A stretch of DNA of 47,360 nt from Chthoniobacteraceae bacterium (GCA_031409335.1 JANNWY010000295.1:1-47360), one strand, 5' to 3'. Shown: positions 7,701-17,862, counted from the first letter of the stretch. The notes: generated by a model not told the origin, from the letters alone. Made by a program: numbers and translations.

Positions 7701-10203
7701 GTTCAGGCAGATCGAAACGAACCCGGCGATCTCGCAGGAATCCCTCGAACGCATGGGCGACACGCAGGCGATGACTGCTTACGCTGCCGTGCGCGGATAC
7801 ACGGCGGACTGGGATAGCATCACGCTGAGCCGCGGAAAAAACGGCTTCTTTTACAACCGCTCGACCGATCACAAATGGATGCTCATCCACTGGGACAGCG
7901 ACAACACTTTCCAACCGAACCGCGTGGATGACCCGGTGCTCGGGACGCTCGCGAATGTGCGCGCGTTTTTCGACAAGCCATTCGTCCGCCGTTACCTGAA
8001 CTATTACTTCAACGAGATGATCACCACCTACGCCGTGAATGGTCCGCGGCTCGGCGCGTGGATCACGGCGGAGGAAAATTCGTCCCCTTCCTTCAACCTG
8101 CCGTCGTCTTACGGAACCTGGCCGACGGTCGTCGATTCGGATGCCACCTCGACGGGGCTGAACCGGCATCAGCATTTTCAAAACTTCATCGGCGCGACCT
8201 CGCTGAACTCGCCCTTTGCCACGACGAACCCGGTCAATAACAGCAGTGTGGCGACGGACACCGCGACGATCCTCGGCACCGCGCCGGCGCGCGCGCACCG
8301 CGTCATTTGTGTCGGGCATCCCGAGGCGGTGCTGACGTGGACTTCCACGGTGAACACGAACACCTCGCCGTGGTCGCTGGCCGGCGTGCAGCTCCGGAAT
8401 GGGGCAAATGCGCTGACGTTCCGCATGCTCAATTTCGACGGCACGCAGGTCGGCGCGGACATCGCGCTCACGCTGAACAAAACGACGAACGCGCTGCCGG
8501 TCGTCGTCGTGGTGAGCGAACCTTCCTCGCAAAATGTGGCGCTCGGCGAGGTGCTGAATATCGACGCCATCACGAGCTACGATCCCGAAGGCACCCCGCT
8601 CACGTTTAACTATGCCGTCTCGCCGGCGAGCGGCTTCACGATGACTTCGCCATCGGCGGCCGCGCGCAATCTCATCTTCACCGTGCCCGGCACTTACACC
8701 GTCACCATTCAAGCCACCGACGCCGACAGCCAAACCGGCACGACCACGCGCACCTACACGGTGTACAGCGCGTCGGACTTCGACAGCTTCGGCGGCAGCA
8801 TTCTCGCGGGATACACCGTCGCGAACGCCGAACTGCGCGACAATTATTCGCCCGCGACATGGTATTCGCTGAACGAAACCAGCGGCAGCCTCGTCGTGCA
8901 GCTCACTGGCGTGACGACGATCCCGCTGCGCCAGACCGCGCCCGCGTTTCCGCTCATCGCGCGCCCGCTGCCCGCGACCGCGGACTTTGTCTTGCAGACG
9001 AGTTTCAATCTTGAGACGCGGCAATTCGGCAGCTTCTTCACCGGGCTGTATGTGGAGACCGTCGATGGCGCGACCGCCACGAAATACGCGTTCGGATTGG
9101 AAAATGGAACGAGCGTGAAAGTTTGGCGCGCGTCCGGTGCGGGCACCTACACCTCGCCTGGTTCGATCGCCTACGCGGGCGGCGATATCACGCTGCGCAT
9201 CCATCGCTCCGGGGCCAATCTCCACTTCCAGCGCCGCGTGAATGGCGCGTGGGTGAATGTGTTCACGCAATCCATCGGCGCCGCCAGCACCGTCGGAAAT
9301 GGCGGCGTGTTCGCATCATCCGGCGCGGTGAACGCCGCGCCCGTCGCGCCCGGCCAGAGTTTGCGCGTCGCGTTCGATTACCTGCTGCTCGCCGATCCCG
9401 GCAGCACCACCGATCTCGTCGGCAGCCTGCGCATCACCGAGATCATGTACAATCCGTCCGGCGTCGGCGGCGTGGAATTTATCGAGCTGAAAAACGCCGG
9501 GCTGAATCCCATCAATCTGAACGGGGCGTATTTCGCGGACGGCGATCCGTTCTCGGCGCGCTTCACTTTTGGAAATCTCCCGCTCCAGCCGGGGCAATAC
9601 TGCATCGTCACCAACGACACCGCTGGCTTCCTCGCGCGCTACGGAAATGGCGCGACCATCGCGGGCCAGTACGCGGGCTCGCTGAACAACGACGGCGAAC
9701 ACATCGCGCTCAAGGACATCGACGGAAACACCATCCACGATTTCAACTACAGCGATCTCGCCCCGTGGCCGCTCACGCCGGATGGCGCGGGGCCTTCGCT
9801 GGAAGTCCTCTCGACCGATCCCGCGCTCTACGGCTTTGGCACGAACTGGCGCGCGAGCCAGGAAAATGGCGGCTCGCCGGGCTACCTCGGTTTTGCCACC
9901 GACACCGACGGCGATGGCCAGCCCGACACGGTCGAGATCGCCTTTGGCAGCGATCCCAACAACGCCGCCTCGGTCCCCAACGTCCCCGCCACCGCGCGCG
10001 ACGCAGGCACCGGCAATGTGACGCTGACCTGGGAAGGCGAAAGCGGGCGCGACTACCTCGTGCAGTACCGCGATGATCTCCTCACCGGAACCTGGCAACC
10101 GCTCGCCACCGTTCCCGCGCCCGGCCCGACCGCGAGTTACATCGACACCACCGCCGGCCTCGTCCCGCGCCGCTTTTACCGCATCGCCACCGAGTTTCCG
10201 TAG
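4744..10203 (+). CDS. Large secreted lamin-tail-domain / CotH kinase-family protein (paralogue 1)
   Basis: Signal peptide; repeated LTD motifs (SEIMY/NEIM...EFVEL.N); CotH-like kinase motif DWDS...KNGFFY...KWMLIHWDSDNTF; PKD-like region; DTDGDG motif; C-terminal beta domain ending RRFYRI. Confidence 0.85.
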   Translation: MSYCNSLRSFLFFLSLSLTRIAAAEQVVFSEIMYQPPVGKPEFVEVWNITNTPLDMAKWRFSDGVNFTFPDFNAGSAQAHFLKPMERIIVSAASDAVTRAAYPSIPVNVRIFGPWDGLASLDNGGERVTLKDKNDVIVCTVKYADSGRWAVAADGTGHSLVLADENRAIDDWRVWRASTNNGGSAGLADPALPAAGLVLNELHFRTADGHVDWIEVRNNSQTTAQSAAALFVASALDFSDKIALSGSVAVGGVASFNVDFAPDNNGDIRLYLIDASNQVRSEVKLRRKVGREAWQVFPAGSGEWFNDVADTRDAQNNPARNTDIVINEIMADPPGNERDGEFVELHNRGLSDVIVGGWKLDSAVNFTIPAGTTIPAGGYLVIGANAVNLNTIYTGLTAIGNWSGSLGNSGDLLRVEDANGNLVNQIDYRFGGEWPEMAGGNGSSLELANPHADNTLGGAWRDSIESGKSAFQAFSIAGGTYSDLTQGGNNDDEIRLWATGDSHLIIRNAVLRPTSGSGNLFNANAGVTTLLNDNVSGWQARGTHWASFHDAEGVHLVADGHGDNKCNHIEKDASVASGAGMVAGTAYTLTFEARWVSGKPRVVAQSWDMSWGGTVQVPIPLNLGTPGAQNSRYNANTAPQVTALNHSPAVPTNVQTVTVTARLSSNTLMGTVELFHRLDNINANGAWASLAMVDNGTLGDAAAGDGIYTTQIAPGAFAGYATSGAIVQFYVRATAANGQIAELPKGGANVPGMWVVNTTAPSTDLRRIRVVISAYWGDALAQDSATGGHTVKFNYKYPKLSNRYFPCVFIHNDNTIFYDAQARKTGSPFTRGVTNSLDRARVILPGDHVFRGKSKMYWDNDAAGGSMLHNRIHRYWLYLLGVPANQNEVCRVAKNNAGYTVRESNEVFDKDMLDRIWENGSEGQFYEIDDRFWIADDGSTRNANDNGTWDYKATDSQGAENPTAYHNNYVPKSRESEYDYGTLIEWFRQIETNPAISQESLERMGDTQAMTAYAAVRGYTADWDSITLSRGKNGFFYNRSTDHKWMLIHWDSDNTFQPNRVDDPVLGTLANVRAFFDKPFVRRYLNYYFNEMITTYAVNGPRLGAWITAEENSSPSFNLPSSYGTWPTVVDSDATSTGLNRHQHFQNFIGATSLNSPFATTNPVNNSSVATDTATILGTAPARAHRVICVGHPEAVLTWTSTVNTNTSPWSLAGVQLRNGANALTFRMLNFDGTQVGADIALTLNKTTNALPVVVVVSEPSSQNVALGEVLNIDAITSYDPEGTPLTFNYAVSPASGFTMTSPSAAARNLIFTVPGTYTVTIQATDADSQTGTTTRTYTVYSASDFDSFGGSILAGYTVANAELRDNYSPATWYSLNETSGSLVVQLTGVTTIPLRQTAPAFPLIARPLPATADFVLQTSFNLETRQFGSFFTGLYVETVDGATATKYAFGLENGTSVKVWRASGAGTYTSPGSIAYAGGDITLRIHRSGANLHFQRRVNGAWVNVFTQSIGAASTVGNGGVFASSGAVNAAPVAPGQSLRVAFDYLLLADPGSTTDLVGSLRITEIMYNPSGVGGVEFIELKNAGLNPINLNGAYFADGDPFSARFTFGNLPLQPGQYCIVTNDTAGFLARYGNGATIAGQYAGSLNNDGEHIALKDIDGNTIHDFNYSDLAPWPLTPDGAGPSLEVLSTDPALYGFGTNWRASQENGGSPGYLGFATDTDGDGQPDTVEIAFGSDPNNAASVPNVPATARDAGTGNVTLTWEGESGRDYLVQYRDDLLTGTWQPLATVPAPGPTASYIDTTAGLVPRRFYRIATEFP

Positions 10204-10235
10204 TCACCGGAGACGCGGTGCGGAGCCGCAAATTC

Positions 10236-10261
10236 GTGGACGGAAAGCGGATTCCGTGGCA
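10236..10261 (+). promoter_or_regulatory. Conserved palindromic upstream motif, copy 2
   Basis: GTGGACGGAA-AGCG-GATTCCGTGGCA ~23 bp before the ATG of paralogue 2. Confidence 0.55.
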
Positions 10262-10284
10262 CATCCGAGCATGGCTATTCTCCT

Positions 10285-13200
10285 ATGAACTGGTGCATCC
10301 AAACGCGACCGTTGCTGCTCGTGCTCGTGGTGATTTTCACGCGGATCGCCGCCGCCGAGCAGGTGGTTTTTTCCGAGATCATGTATCAGCCGCCGGTGGG
10401 AAAACCGGAGTTTGTCGAGGTGTGGAATATTGCCAACACACCGCTCGACACGGCGAAGTGGCGGTTGAGCGATGGCGTGGAATTTACGTTTCCAGATTTC
10501 AATCCGGCCAGTTTGCAGGCGCATATTTTGAAGCCGCAGGAGCGGATCATCCTCAGCGCGGCATCGGATGCGGCGACGAGGGCGGCGTATCCGGCGATCC
10601 CGGCGACGGTGCGGATTTTCGGGCCGTGGGATCCGCTGACGACGCTCGACAACGGCGGCGAGACCGTGACGCTGCAGGACAAGAATGGGGTGATTGTTTG
10701 CACGGTGAGCTACGGCGACGAGGGGCGCTGGCCAGTGGCGGCGGATGGGACGGGGCATTCGCTGGTGCTTGCGGATGAAAATCGTGCGATCGACGACTGG
10801 CGGGTGTGGCGTGCGAGCACGAACAAAGGCGGCTCGCCTGGCCTGGCCGATCCGGCACTGCCGGCGACGGGGCTGGCGCTGAATGAATTCCATTTCCGCG
10901 CGGCGGATGGGCATGTCGATTGGATCGAGATCCGCAACAACTCGCGGACGGCGGCGCAATCGGCGGCGGCGCTTTTCGTGGTTTCGAGTCAGAATCCCGC
11001 CAACCCGATCGCGCTGAGTGGGAACGTGCCGCCGGGCGAAGTAGCGAGCTTCAATGTCGATTTCCTGCCGGACAATGACGGTGACGTCCGCATTTACCTG
11101 ATCGACGCGACCGGCAATGTGCGCAGCGCGGTGAAGGTGCGGCGGAAAGCGGGCCGCGATGCGTGGCAGATGTTTCCGGCGGGAAGCGGCGAGTGGTTTA
11201 ACGACACGGCGGACACGCGGGATGCGCAGAACAACCCGGCGCGCAGCACGAATATCGTCATCAACGAAATCATGGCTGATCCGCCGAGCAACCAGCGCGA
11301 CGGCGAATTCATCGAACTCACCAACCGCGGCGTCGCCACGGTGGATATCGGTGGCTGGCGGCTCGACGAGGCGTTGAACTACACCTTTCCCCTGAATACC
11401 CTCATCGCGCCGGGTGGCTACCTCGTCATCGCGGCGAACAAGAACCATCTGAACTCCACCTATCCCGGCCTCGGGGCAGTCGGCGACTGGAGCGGCTCGC
11501 TGAGCAATGGTGGCGAGCTGGTGCGGCTGCTCGATCAGAACGGCAATCTTGCCAATGCAGTCGATTATCGTTTTGGCGGCGAATGGCCCGAACTCGCCAA
11601 TGGCAATGGCACTTCGCTCGAGCTGGTCAATCCCGCGAACGACAATCGTTTCGGCGGTGCCTGGCGGGATAGCGATGAAAGCCAGAAGAGCACCTTCCAG
11701 GCATTCACGATCAATGGCGGCACTTACCTCAAGGGTGCGGGGAATGGCAGCCCTGGCATCGACGATGAAATCCGCATCTGGGGCGTGAGCGACACGCACG
11801 TCATCCTGCGCAATCTCGTGCTGCGACCGACGGCGGGCGGCGCCAATATCCTGGTCAACCCGAACGTCACGACACTGACCAATGGCAACGTCCTCGGCTG
11901 GCAGTCGCGCGGCACCCATGCGGCGAGTTTTCACGACGCGGAAGGGGTGCATCTGGTAACTGCCAGCCATGGCGACAACAAGTGCAACCACATCGAGAAG
12001 GATACCGCCGGGATGCTCGCCAGCACGCAGTACACGCTTACGTTTGAAGCGCGCTGGATTTTTGGAAAGCCACGGCTGGTTGCGCAAAGTTGGGATTCCA
12101 GTTGGGGTGGCACCGTGCGGGTGCCGATCCCATCGAACCTCGGTACGCCCGGCGCGCAGAACTCGCGTTTCGCGGTGAATCCGGCACCGCAGGTTACTTC
12201 GCTCCTCCATAGCCCGCCGATTCCCACCTCGGCGCAAACCGTTACCGTTACCGCCCGCGTGTCCGCGGCCACCCCACCGTCCGCCGTCCAGGTCATTCAC
12301 CGGAAGGATAACACCGCGGCCAATGCAGCGTGGAATACCACGGCGATGAACGACGGTGGCACAGGCGGCGATGCGATCGCGGGAGATGGCATCTGGACCG
12401 CGCAAATCGCCCCTGCCGCTTTCGCATACAATAACGCCGGCAATTACATCGCCGAGTTTTACGTCCGCGCCACCGCGACCAATGGCAGCCTCGCGGAACT
12501 CCCGCGCAACGGCGCCGTGCAGCCTGGCCTTTGGGCGACCGACAGCCAGGTCGTCCCCACCGACCTGCGCCGGATGCGCATCGTCATCTCGCAGTATTGG
12601 ATCGATTCATTGAATCAAAACAGCGGCACCGGCGGACACACCGTAAAGTTCAACTTCAAGTATCCGCGCCTCTCGAATCTCTACGTGCCCTGCACCTTCA
12701 TCAGCAACGAGAGCGACATCTACTATGGCTCCACTGTGCGCAAGACGGGCAGCCCGTGGACCCGCCAGACGGACGCCGATCTCACTCGCGGGCGCGTCGT
12801 GCTTCCGTCCGACCGTCCCTTCCGCGGAAAGACGAAACTCTACTGGGATAACGATGCTGGCGCTACCATGCTGCACAATCGGACCACCCGCTACTGGCTG
12901 TATCTCCTGGGTGTCCCGGGAAATCAAAACGAAGTCTGCCGAGTCACGCGCAACAACGTAGTGTACGCGGTTCGCGAGACGAGCGAGGCTTTCGACAAGG
13001 AAATGCTCGATCGCATATGGCCGAATGGGAGCGACGGGCAGTTCGTGGAGCTCGATGACAAATTCTGGATTAGTGACGATGGCTCCTCGAAGCCTGCCAA
13101 CGAGGATGGCACTTGGGGCTACAAAGGTCTCGATGCGCAGGGTTACGACAATCCGACCTTGTACCACAGCCAGTTCATTCCCAAGTCCCGCGAATCCGAA

Positions 13201-15714
13201 TACGATTACAGCGGCCTGTTCGAATGGTTCAAGCAACTGCAAAACGCCAGCATTACCCAGGAGCAGTGCGAGCGAATGGCGGATACCCAGGCGATGACAG
13301 CGCTCGCGGCGGTCCGCGGATACATTGGTGATTGGGATAACATGACCATACGACGCGGGAAAAACGGCTATATGCATCAGCGTGCCGCGGACCATAAGTG
13401 GATGATGCTCCACTGGGATAGTGATCTTGCATTTCAGGACACGAATGAGGCAGTCCTCGGCGGTTTCCCCGGTGTCGGCACCTACTTTGGCCGACCTTTC
13501 ATCCGGCACTACATGAATTACTATCTCACGGAAATGCTCAATAGCTTTCCGGCATCCGGCCCGCGCCTGCAGGCATGGCTGACTGCGGAGGAAAACGTTT
13601 CAACTGCCTACACCGCCAACGGGAGCTTCTACTCGGGTTGGTCCACCGGCCGGGTAACCGCGATCCAGTCCTTCCTTGGCGCATCCCGCACGACGCTCTT
13701 TGCAGTAACGACCCCAGCCGACGGCTCGACCACTGCGGCAGGCATCCTCGCTGTGGTCGGCACTGCGCCGAGCACCGCATATTCCGTGGCCTGCGTGGAC
13801 CATCCCGAGGCAGTGCTGACCTGGGGCGGCTCCGGCGGCACCAATCCCGCGGGTTGGACCCTCGCGGGCATCCGACTGAAGACAGGGCCGAATACCCTCG
13901 TCTTCCGCATGTACAATATCAGCGGCGTGCAGGTCGGCGTGGACCTGCCAAGGACGATCACCAAGACCGGTGATGCGGCGCCCGCGATGGTGATCACCGC
14001 GGACCCCGGATCGTATAATGTGGGTCTCGGCGAAGTGATGACACTCGATGCCACGGGCAGCACCGATCCCGATGGCAGCGCACTGAGCTTCGCATGGGTC
14101 GTCACGCCAAATACGGGAGTCACCGTCACCTATCCACTTCCCGGCAAAGCCGTGGCGCAGTTCACCACGCCTGGCATCTACACGTTCAGTGTGCAGGGGA
14201 CGAATGCCACCAGCGTGAGCACGACTTTGGTGCGCGAGGTCGCGGTGTTCAGCGCGCGAGATTTCGACAGTTTTGGCAATACCTTGCTGCCAGCCAAATT
14301 TGCGGTCAGCGGCACCGAACTGCTCGACAATTACTCACCGAACTCATGGTACTCACTGACGACAAATCAAGGGAGCCTAAACCTCCAAATCACGGATGTG
14401 GTATCACTGCCACTGAGTAATACCGCCGCGACCTTCCCGCTGCTCACGCGGCCTTTGCCGACTACGGCAGACTTTGCGCTCCAGACGGACTTTGGCTTTG
14501 AAACGCGCAACAACGGCAGCTTCTTCACCGGACTGTTTGTCGAGACGATGGAATCGGGAGCAAGCGTGAAGTATGCCTTCGGCGTCGATGGCAATGGCAC
14601 GCTCGCGCTTCGCAAGGCGACTGGGGCCGGCACGTATGTCGCGGTGGGTGCGGCACCTTTCCAACCCTTCCCTGGCACAGGCTCCAGCGGCACCGGGGCC
14701 ACGCTGCGCATCCGGCGAATCGGCAACCAACTGCAATTCCACCGGCGCGTGAATGCCGTGTGGTTGCCGCTCACCAGCGGCGCACAGTCCGCGGCCGTGA
14801 TTGTGACCTTGCCAGCGGCGGGCACCGCGGTGCGGGGCGGCATCTTTGGCACCACCAGTGCCAGGCAAGGCGTGCGGATGGCCTTCGACTATCTCGGCGT
14901 CGTTGATCCCGGTCAAAGTAACGATCTCATCGGCAGCCTGCGCATTACCGAAGTCATGTACAACCCAGGCGTTTCCGGCGGTGTCGAATTCGTGGAGTTA
15001 AGGAATATCGGATTGAACCCGGTCGATCCGACCGGCGTGTATTTTGAGGATGGCAATCCGTTTTCGAGCCGATTCACGTTTGGAAATCTGATACTCCAGC
15101 CCGGCCACTACTGCGTCGTCACCAACAACACCGCCGGCTTCATCGCCTTCCACGGGACCGGCGCGAACATCGCCGGCCAATACACCGGGTCGCTCAATAA
15201 CGACGGCGAAGCCATCACGCTAAAGGATATCGCTGGTAACATCATTCACGATTTCAGCTACAGCGACATCTCGCCGTGGCCCGCCACGCCCGATGGCTTC
15301 GGACCTTCGCTTGAAGTCATCGCCACTGATCCGGCGCTCTACAGCCTCGGCACGAACTGGCGCGCGAGCCGGGAGATCGGCGGCTCGCCAGGCTACCTTG
15401 GTTTCGCCGCCGATGCTGATGGCGATGGCCAGCCAGATACGGTCGAGCTTGCCTTCGGCAGCAATCCGAATGATGCGAGCTCGATTCCAAATGTCCCCGC
15501 CACCACGCGCACCGCGGGAGGTGGCGAGGTCACGCTGGCCTGGGCCGGCGTCAGCGGGCGCGCTTACACCGTGGAGTATTGCGAGGACCTGCTCACCGAT
15601 ACGTGGCAATCGCTCGCGACCGTCATCGCCAGCGGGCAGACTGTCACTTACACCGACACCTCCGCCGGGCTCGCGACCCATCGCTTTTACCGGATCGCGA
15701 CGCGGTTCCCGTGA
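10285..15714 (+). CDS. Large secreted lamin-tail-domain / CotH kinase-family protein (paralogue 2)
   Basis: Collinear with 4744..10203 over its full length; DWDNM...KNGYM...KWMMLHWDSDLAF; ends HRFYRIATRFP. Confidence 0.85.
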   Translation: MNWCIQTRPLLLVLVVIFTRIAAAEQVVFSEIMYQPPVGKPEFVEVWNIANTPLDTAKWRLSDGVEFTFPDFNPASLQAHILKPQERIILSAASDAATRAAYPAIPATVRIFGPWDPLTTLDNGGETVTLQDKNGVIVCTVSYGDEGRWPVAADGTGHSLVLADENRAIDDWRVWRASTNKGGSPGLADPALPATGLALNEFHFRAADGHVDWIEIRNNSRTAAQSAAALFVVSSQNPANPIALSGNVPPGEVASFNVDFLPDNDGDVRIYLIDATGNVRSAVKVRRKAGRDAWQMFPAGSGEWFNDTADTRDAQNNPARSTNIVINEIMADPPSNQRDGEFIELTNRGVATVDIGGWRLDEALNYTFPLNTLIAPGGYLVIAANKNHLNSTYPGLGAVGDWSGSLSNGGELVRLLDQNGNLANAVDYRFGGEWPELANGNGTSLELVNPANDNRFGGAWRDSDESQKSTFQAFTINGGTYLKGAGNGSPGIDDEIRIWGVSDTHVILRNLVLRPTAGGANILVNPNVTTLTNGNVLGWQSRGTHAASFHDAEGVHLVTASHGDNKCNHIEKDTAGMLASTQYTLTFEARWIFGKPRLVAQSWDSSWGGTVRVPIPSNLGTPGAQNSRFAVNPAPQVTSLLHSPPIPTSAQTVTVTARVSAATPPSAVQVIHRKDNTAANAAWNTTAMNDGGTGGDAIAGDGIWTAQIAPAAFAYNNAGNYIAEFYVRATATNGSLAELPRNGAVQPGLWATDSQVVPTDLRRMRIVISQYWIDSLNQNSGTGGHTVKFNFKYPRLSNLYVPCTFISNESDIYYGSTVRKTGSPWTRQTDADLTRGRVVLPSDRPFRGKTKLYWDNDAGATMLHNRTTRYWLYLLGVPGNQNEVCRVTRNNVVYAVRETSEAFDKEMLDRIWPNGSDGQFVELDDKFWISDDGSSKPANEDGTWGYKGLDAQGYDNPTLYHSQFIPKSRESEYDYSGLFEWFKQLQNASITQEQCERMADTQAMTALAAVRGYIGDWDNMTIRRGKNGYMHQRAADHKWMMLHWDSDLAFQDTNEAVLGGFPGVGTYFGRPFIRHYMNYYLTEMLNSFPASGPRLQAWLTAEENVSTAYTANGSFYSGWSTGRVTAIQSFLGASRTTLFAVTTPADGSTTAAGILAVVGTAPSTAYSVACVDHPEAVLTWGGSGGTNPAGWTLAGIRLKTGPNTLVFRMYNISGVQVGVDLPRTITKTGDAAPAMVITADPGSYNVGLGEVMTLDATGSTDPDGSALSFAWVVTPNTGVTVTYPLPGKAVAQFTTPGIYTFSVQGTNATSVSTTLVREVAVFSARDFDSFGNTLLPAKFAVSGTELLDNYSPNSWYSLTTNQGSLNLQITDVVSLPLSNTAATFPLLTRPLPTTADFALQTDFGFETRNNGSFFTGLFVETMESGASVKYAFGVDGNGTLALRKATGAGTYVAVGAAPFQPFPGTGSSGTGATLRIRRIGNQLQFHRRVNAVWLPLTSGAQSAAVIVTLPAAGTAVRGGIFGTTSARQGVRMAFDYLGVVDPGQSNDLIGSLRITEVMYNPGVSGGVEFVELRNIGLNPVDPTGVYFEDGNPFSSRFTFGNLILQPGHYCVVTNNTAGFIAFHGTGANIAGQYTGSLNNDGEAITLKDIAGNIIHDFSYSDISPWPATPDGFGPSLEVIATDPALYSLGTNWRASREIGGSPGYLGFAADADGDGQPDTVELAFGSNPNDASSIPNVPATTRTAGGGEVTLAWAGVSGRAYTVEYCEDLLTDTWQSLATVIASGQTVTYTDTSAGLATHRFYRIATRFP

Positions 15715-15753
15715 GCGCAGTCGCGTTGACCTGAGACTGGCTGGAGCTTGCGG

Positions 15754-16287
15754 ATGAAGAACGTCACGATTCACAGCGACGGAGCCTGTGTCGGAAACCC
15801 CGGTCCGGGCGGCTGGTCTGCGGTGCTCGAGTATGGCGGGGTGAAAAAGGAGATCAGCGGTGCCGAGATGGCGACCACCAACAATCGGATGGAACTGCTC
15901 GCCGCAGTCGAGTCACTCGCGCGTCTCAAGGAACCGTGCGCGGTCGAATTCATCACCGACTCGACCTATGTGCGCGAAGGCATCACCAAGTGGGTCAAGG
16001 GTTGGAAAGCCAAAGGCTGGATCACGGTCAAGCGGGAGCCAGTGAAGAACGCTGACCTATGGCTTCGCCTCGACGCTGAAGCGGCACGGCATCGCATCGT
16101 GTGGAAGTGGGTGAAAGGGCACGCGGGAAACGCAGGGAACGAGCGCTGCGACGCACTCGCCGTCGCCGAGATCGAGCAACTCCGCGCGCGCCACACTCCG
16201 CAGCAACTCGCGGCGGCGCTGGACGAATTCAAGGCGCGGCAGTCTCCCATGCCGGATGGGTTGAGCCTGTTTCGCGCGGAAGTGTGA
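15754..16287 (+). CDS. rnhA: Ribonuclease HI
   Basis: [53 protein letters not shown]. Confidence 0.97.
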   Translation: MKNVTIHSDGACVGNPGPGGWSAVLEYGGVKKEISGAEMATTNNRMELLAAVESLARLKEPCAVEFITDSTYVREGITKWVKGWKAKGWITVKREPVKNADLWLRLDAEAARHRIVWKWVKGHAGNAGNERCDALAVAEIEQLRARHTPQQLAAALDEFKARQSPMPDGLSLFRAEV

Positions 16288-16300
16288 GCGGTCGCGCGAG

Positions 16301-17602
16301 TCACTGGCGGTGGCGGAGCTTGTCGAGCAAGACCGCACCGAGGATCACGAGACCGAGCACCACCTTCTGGGTGTAGCTTTCGACGTTGGTTAGATTCATG
16401 CCGTTTTGGATCACCGCGATGGTGAATGCGCCGGTCAGCGTCCCGAGCATTTTCCCCTCGCCACCGCTGAGGCTGGTCCCGCCGACGACGACCGCGGCGA
16501 TGACGTATAGCTCGTACATGTTTCCGTAAGTCGGCGAGCCGCTCTTGAGTTGCGATGCCATAATCACGCCGCCGAGCCCGGCGAGCAGCGCGCTGGCGAT
16601 GTAGGCAAACATCAACACGCGCGGGACGGGCACGCCGCTGAGGCGCGCGGCCTCGCCGTTGCCGCCGACCGCGTAGAGGTACCGCCCGAGCTTCATCCGC
16701 GACATCAGCACGTGTGCTAGGGCGTAAAGGACGAGCATGAGCACGACGGCGTTTGGCAGGCTTAGCAAATCCGCGCCGCGCCCGAGCCACACGAAGGAGT
16801 CTGGGATTTGGTAAACCGACTGGCCTTTCGCGAGGATGTAGGCGAGTCCGCTGCCGACGAGCATCATCGCGAGCGTCACGATGAAAGGCAGGATACGAAA
16901 CCGCGTGATCATCGCGCCGGAAAATGCGCCGACGATTCCGCAAAGGACGATCGCCGCGACGCAGGCGAGGAACATTCCGCCGATCGAGGCATTCACACCG
17001 CCTGCGAAATCGCGGATGAATCGCGCGGCGAGCACGGCGGAAAGCGCAAGCAGACTTCCGACCGAAAGATCGATGCCGCCGGTGATGATAACCATCGTCA
17101 TGCCGATCGCGACGATGGCGATCACGGCGATTTGGTTCGCGATGTTCAGGAGGTTTTCGGACTTCAGGAAATTTGGCCAGCGGTAGCTGCGCGGCGTGAT
17201 GACGCGTGGCTCACCGAGCGCGGGGAAGTCGGTCTTCAAGTCGGAGAAAACGAGCCATGCACCCGTGGCTCTGGTACAAGCGATGGCGTCGAGTCTTCCG
17301 CCGGACGCGGCGGCTTTCTGCAAGGCCTCGCGCGCGTCCTTCGGCTCGCCTTTCACCACGATGGCTCCGGTGAAGTCGCGCTCCAGCTTCGCGGCGAACT
17401 CCGCGTCGTCCGGTTGATCGCCCGCGGCAATGAGGACGCGCGGCGTTTTTCCGAACTGCTCCTGAATGCTGGCCACGACTTGCTTTGCGGCTACCTCGCC
17501 GGTCGGCGATTGCTCGCTGTAAGTCGCCACGCTGAAGAAGGTGCAGAGCAGCAGCAGCACGAAGATCATGCCGTAGTCGGCGAGGAAGCGGGAGTTCTTC
17601 AT
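16301..17602 (-). CDS. Monosaccharide ABC transporter permease (RbsC-like) with an extra periplasmic segment
   Basis: GMTMVIITGGIDLSVGS, GRYLYAVGGNGEAARLSG, YELYVIAAVVVGGTSLSGGEG. Confidence 0.93.
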   Translation of the reverse strand: MKNSRFLADYGMIFVLLLLCTFFSVATYSEQSPTGEVAAKQVVASIQEQFGKTPRVLIAAGDQPDDAEFAAKLERDFTGAIVVKGEPKDAREALQKAAASGGRLDAIACTRATGAWLVFSDLKTDFPALGEPRVITPRSYRWPNFLKSENLLNIANQIAVIAIVAIGMTMVIITGGIDLSVGSLLALSAVLAARFIRDFAGGVNASIGGMFLACVAAIVLCGIVGAFSGAMITRFRILPFIVTLAMMLVGSGLAYILAKGQSVYQIPDSFVWLGRGADLLSLPNAVVLMLVLYALAHVLMSRMKLGRYLYAVGGNGEAARLSGVPVPRVLMFAYIASALLAGLGGVIMASQLKSGSPTYGNMYELYVIAAVVVGGTSLSGGEGKMLGTLTGAFTIAVIQNGMNLTNVESYTQKVVLGLVILGAVLLDKLRHRQ

Positions 17603-17638
17603 AAGTGATCGAAGGAAAAGTAAGCGCGGGGCTCCGTT

Positions 17639-17862
17639 GTCCCGGAGGGACAGTAGAAATTAGCCGGTGGTGAAGCGAGTCCGCGAGCGCAACCACCGGA
17701 CCTTGAAGGAAAACGACTCCGCCCCGGCAGGAGCGCTGGAACGGAAACGCGGACGCGATTCCAACGCCCCTTCAGGGCAGGCTCGCGTTTTGGCCGGAGT
17801 CCGGTGGTTCCCACTCGCGGACTCGCTTCACCACCGGCTACCATCTTTCGTCCCTCCGGGAC
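17639..17862. repeat. 224-bp intergenic palindromic element (REPIN/MITE-like)
   Basis: Nested inverted repeats: GTCCCGGAGGGAC / GTCCCTCCGGGAC at the ends, TAGCCGGTGGTGAAGCGAGTCCGCGAG / CTCGCGGACTCGCTTCACCACCGGCTA inside, then AACCACCGGAC / GTCCGGTGGTT. Confidence 0.9.

Noticed and set aside
5101..9270. 1389-aa minus-strand ORF, and similar long antisense ORFs (10204..12405, 23868..25271, 25943..27286, 40817..42757)
   Set aside because: Shadow ORFs opposite well-supported genes in GC-rich DNA; Arg-rich with no recognisable motifs.
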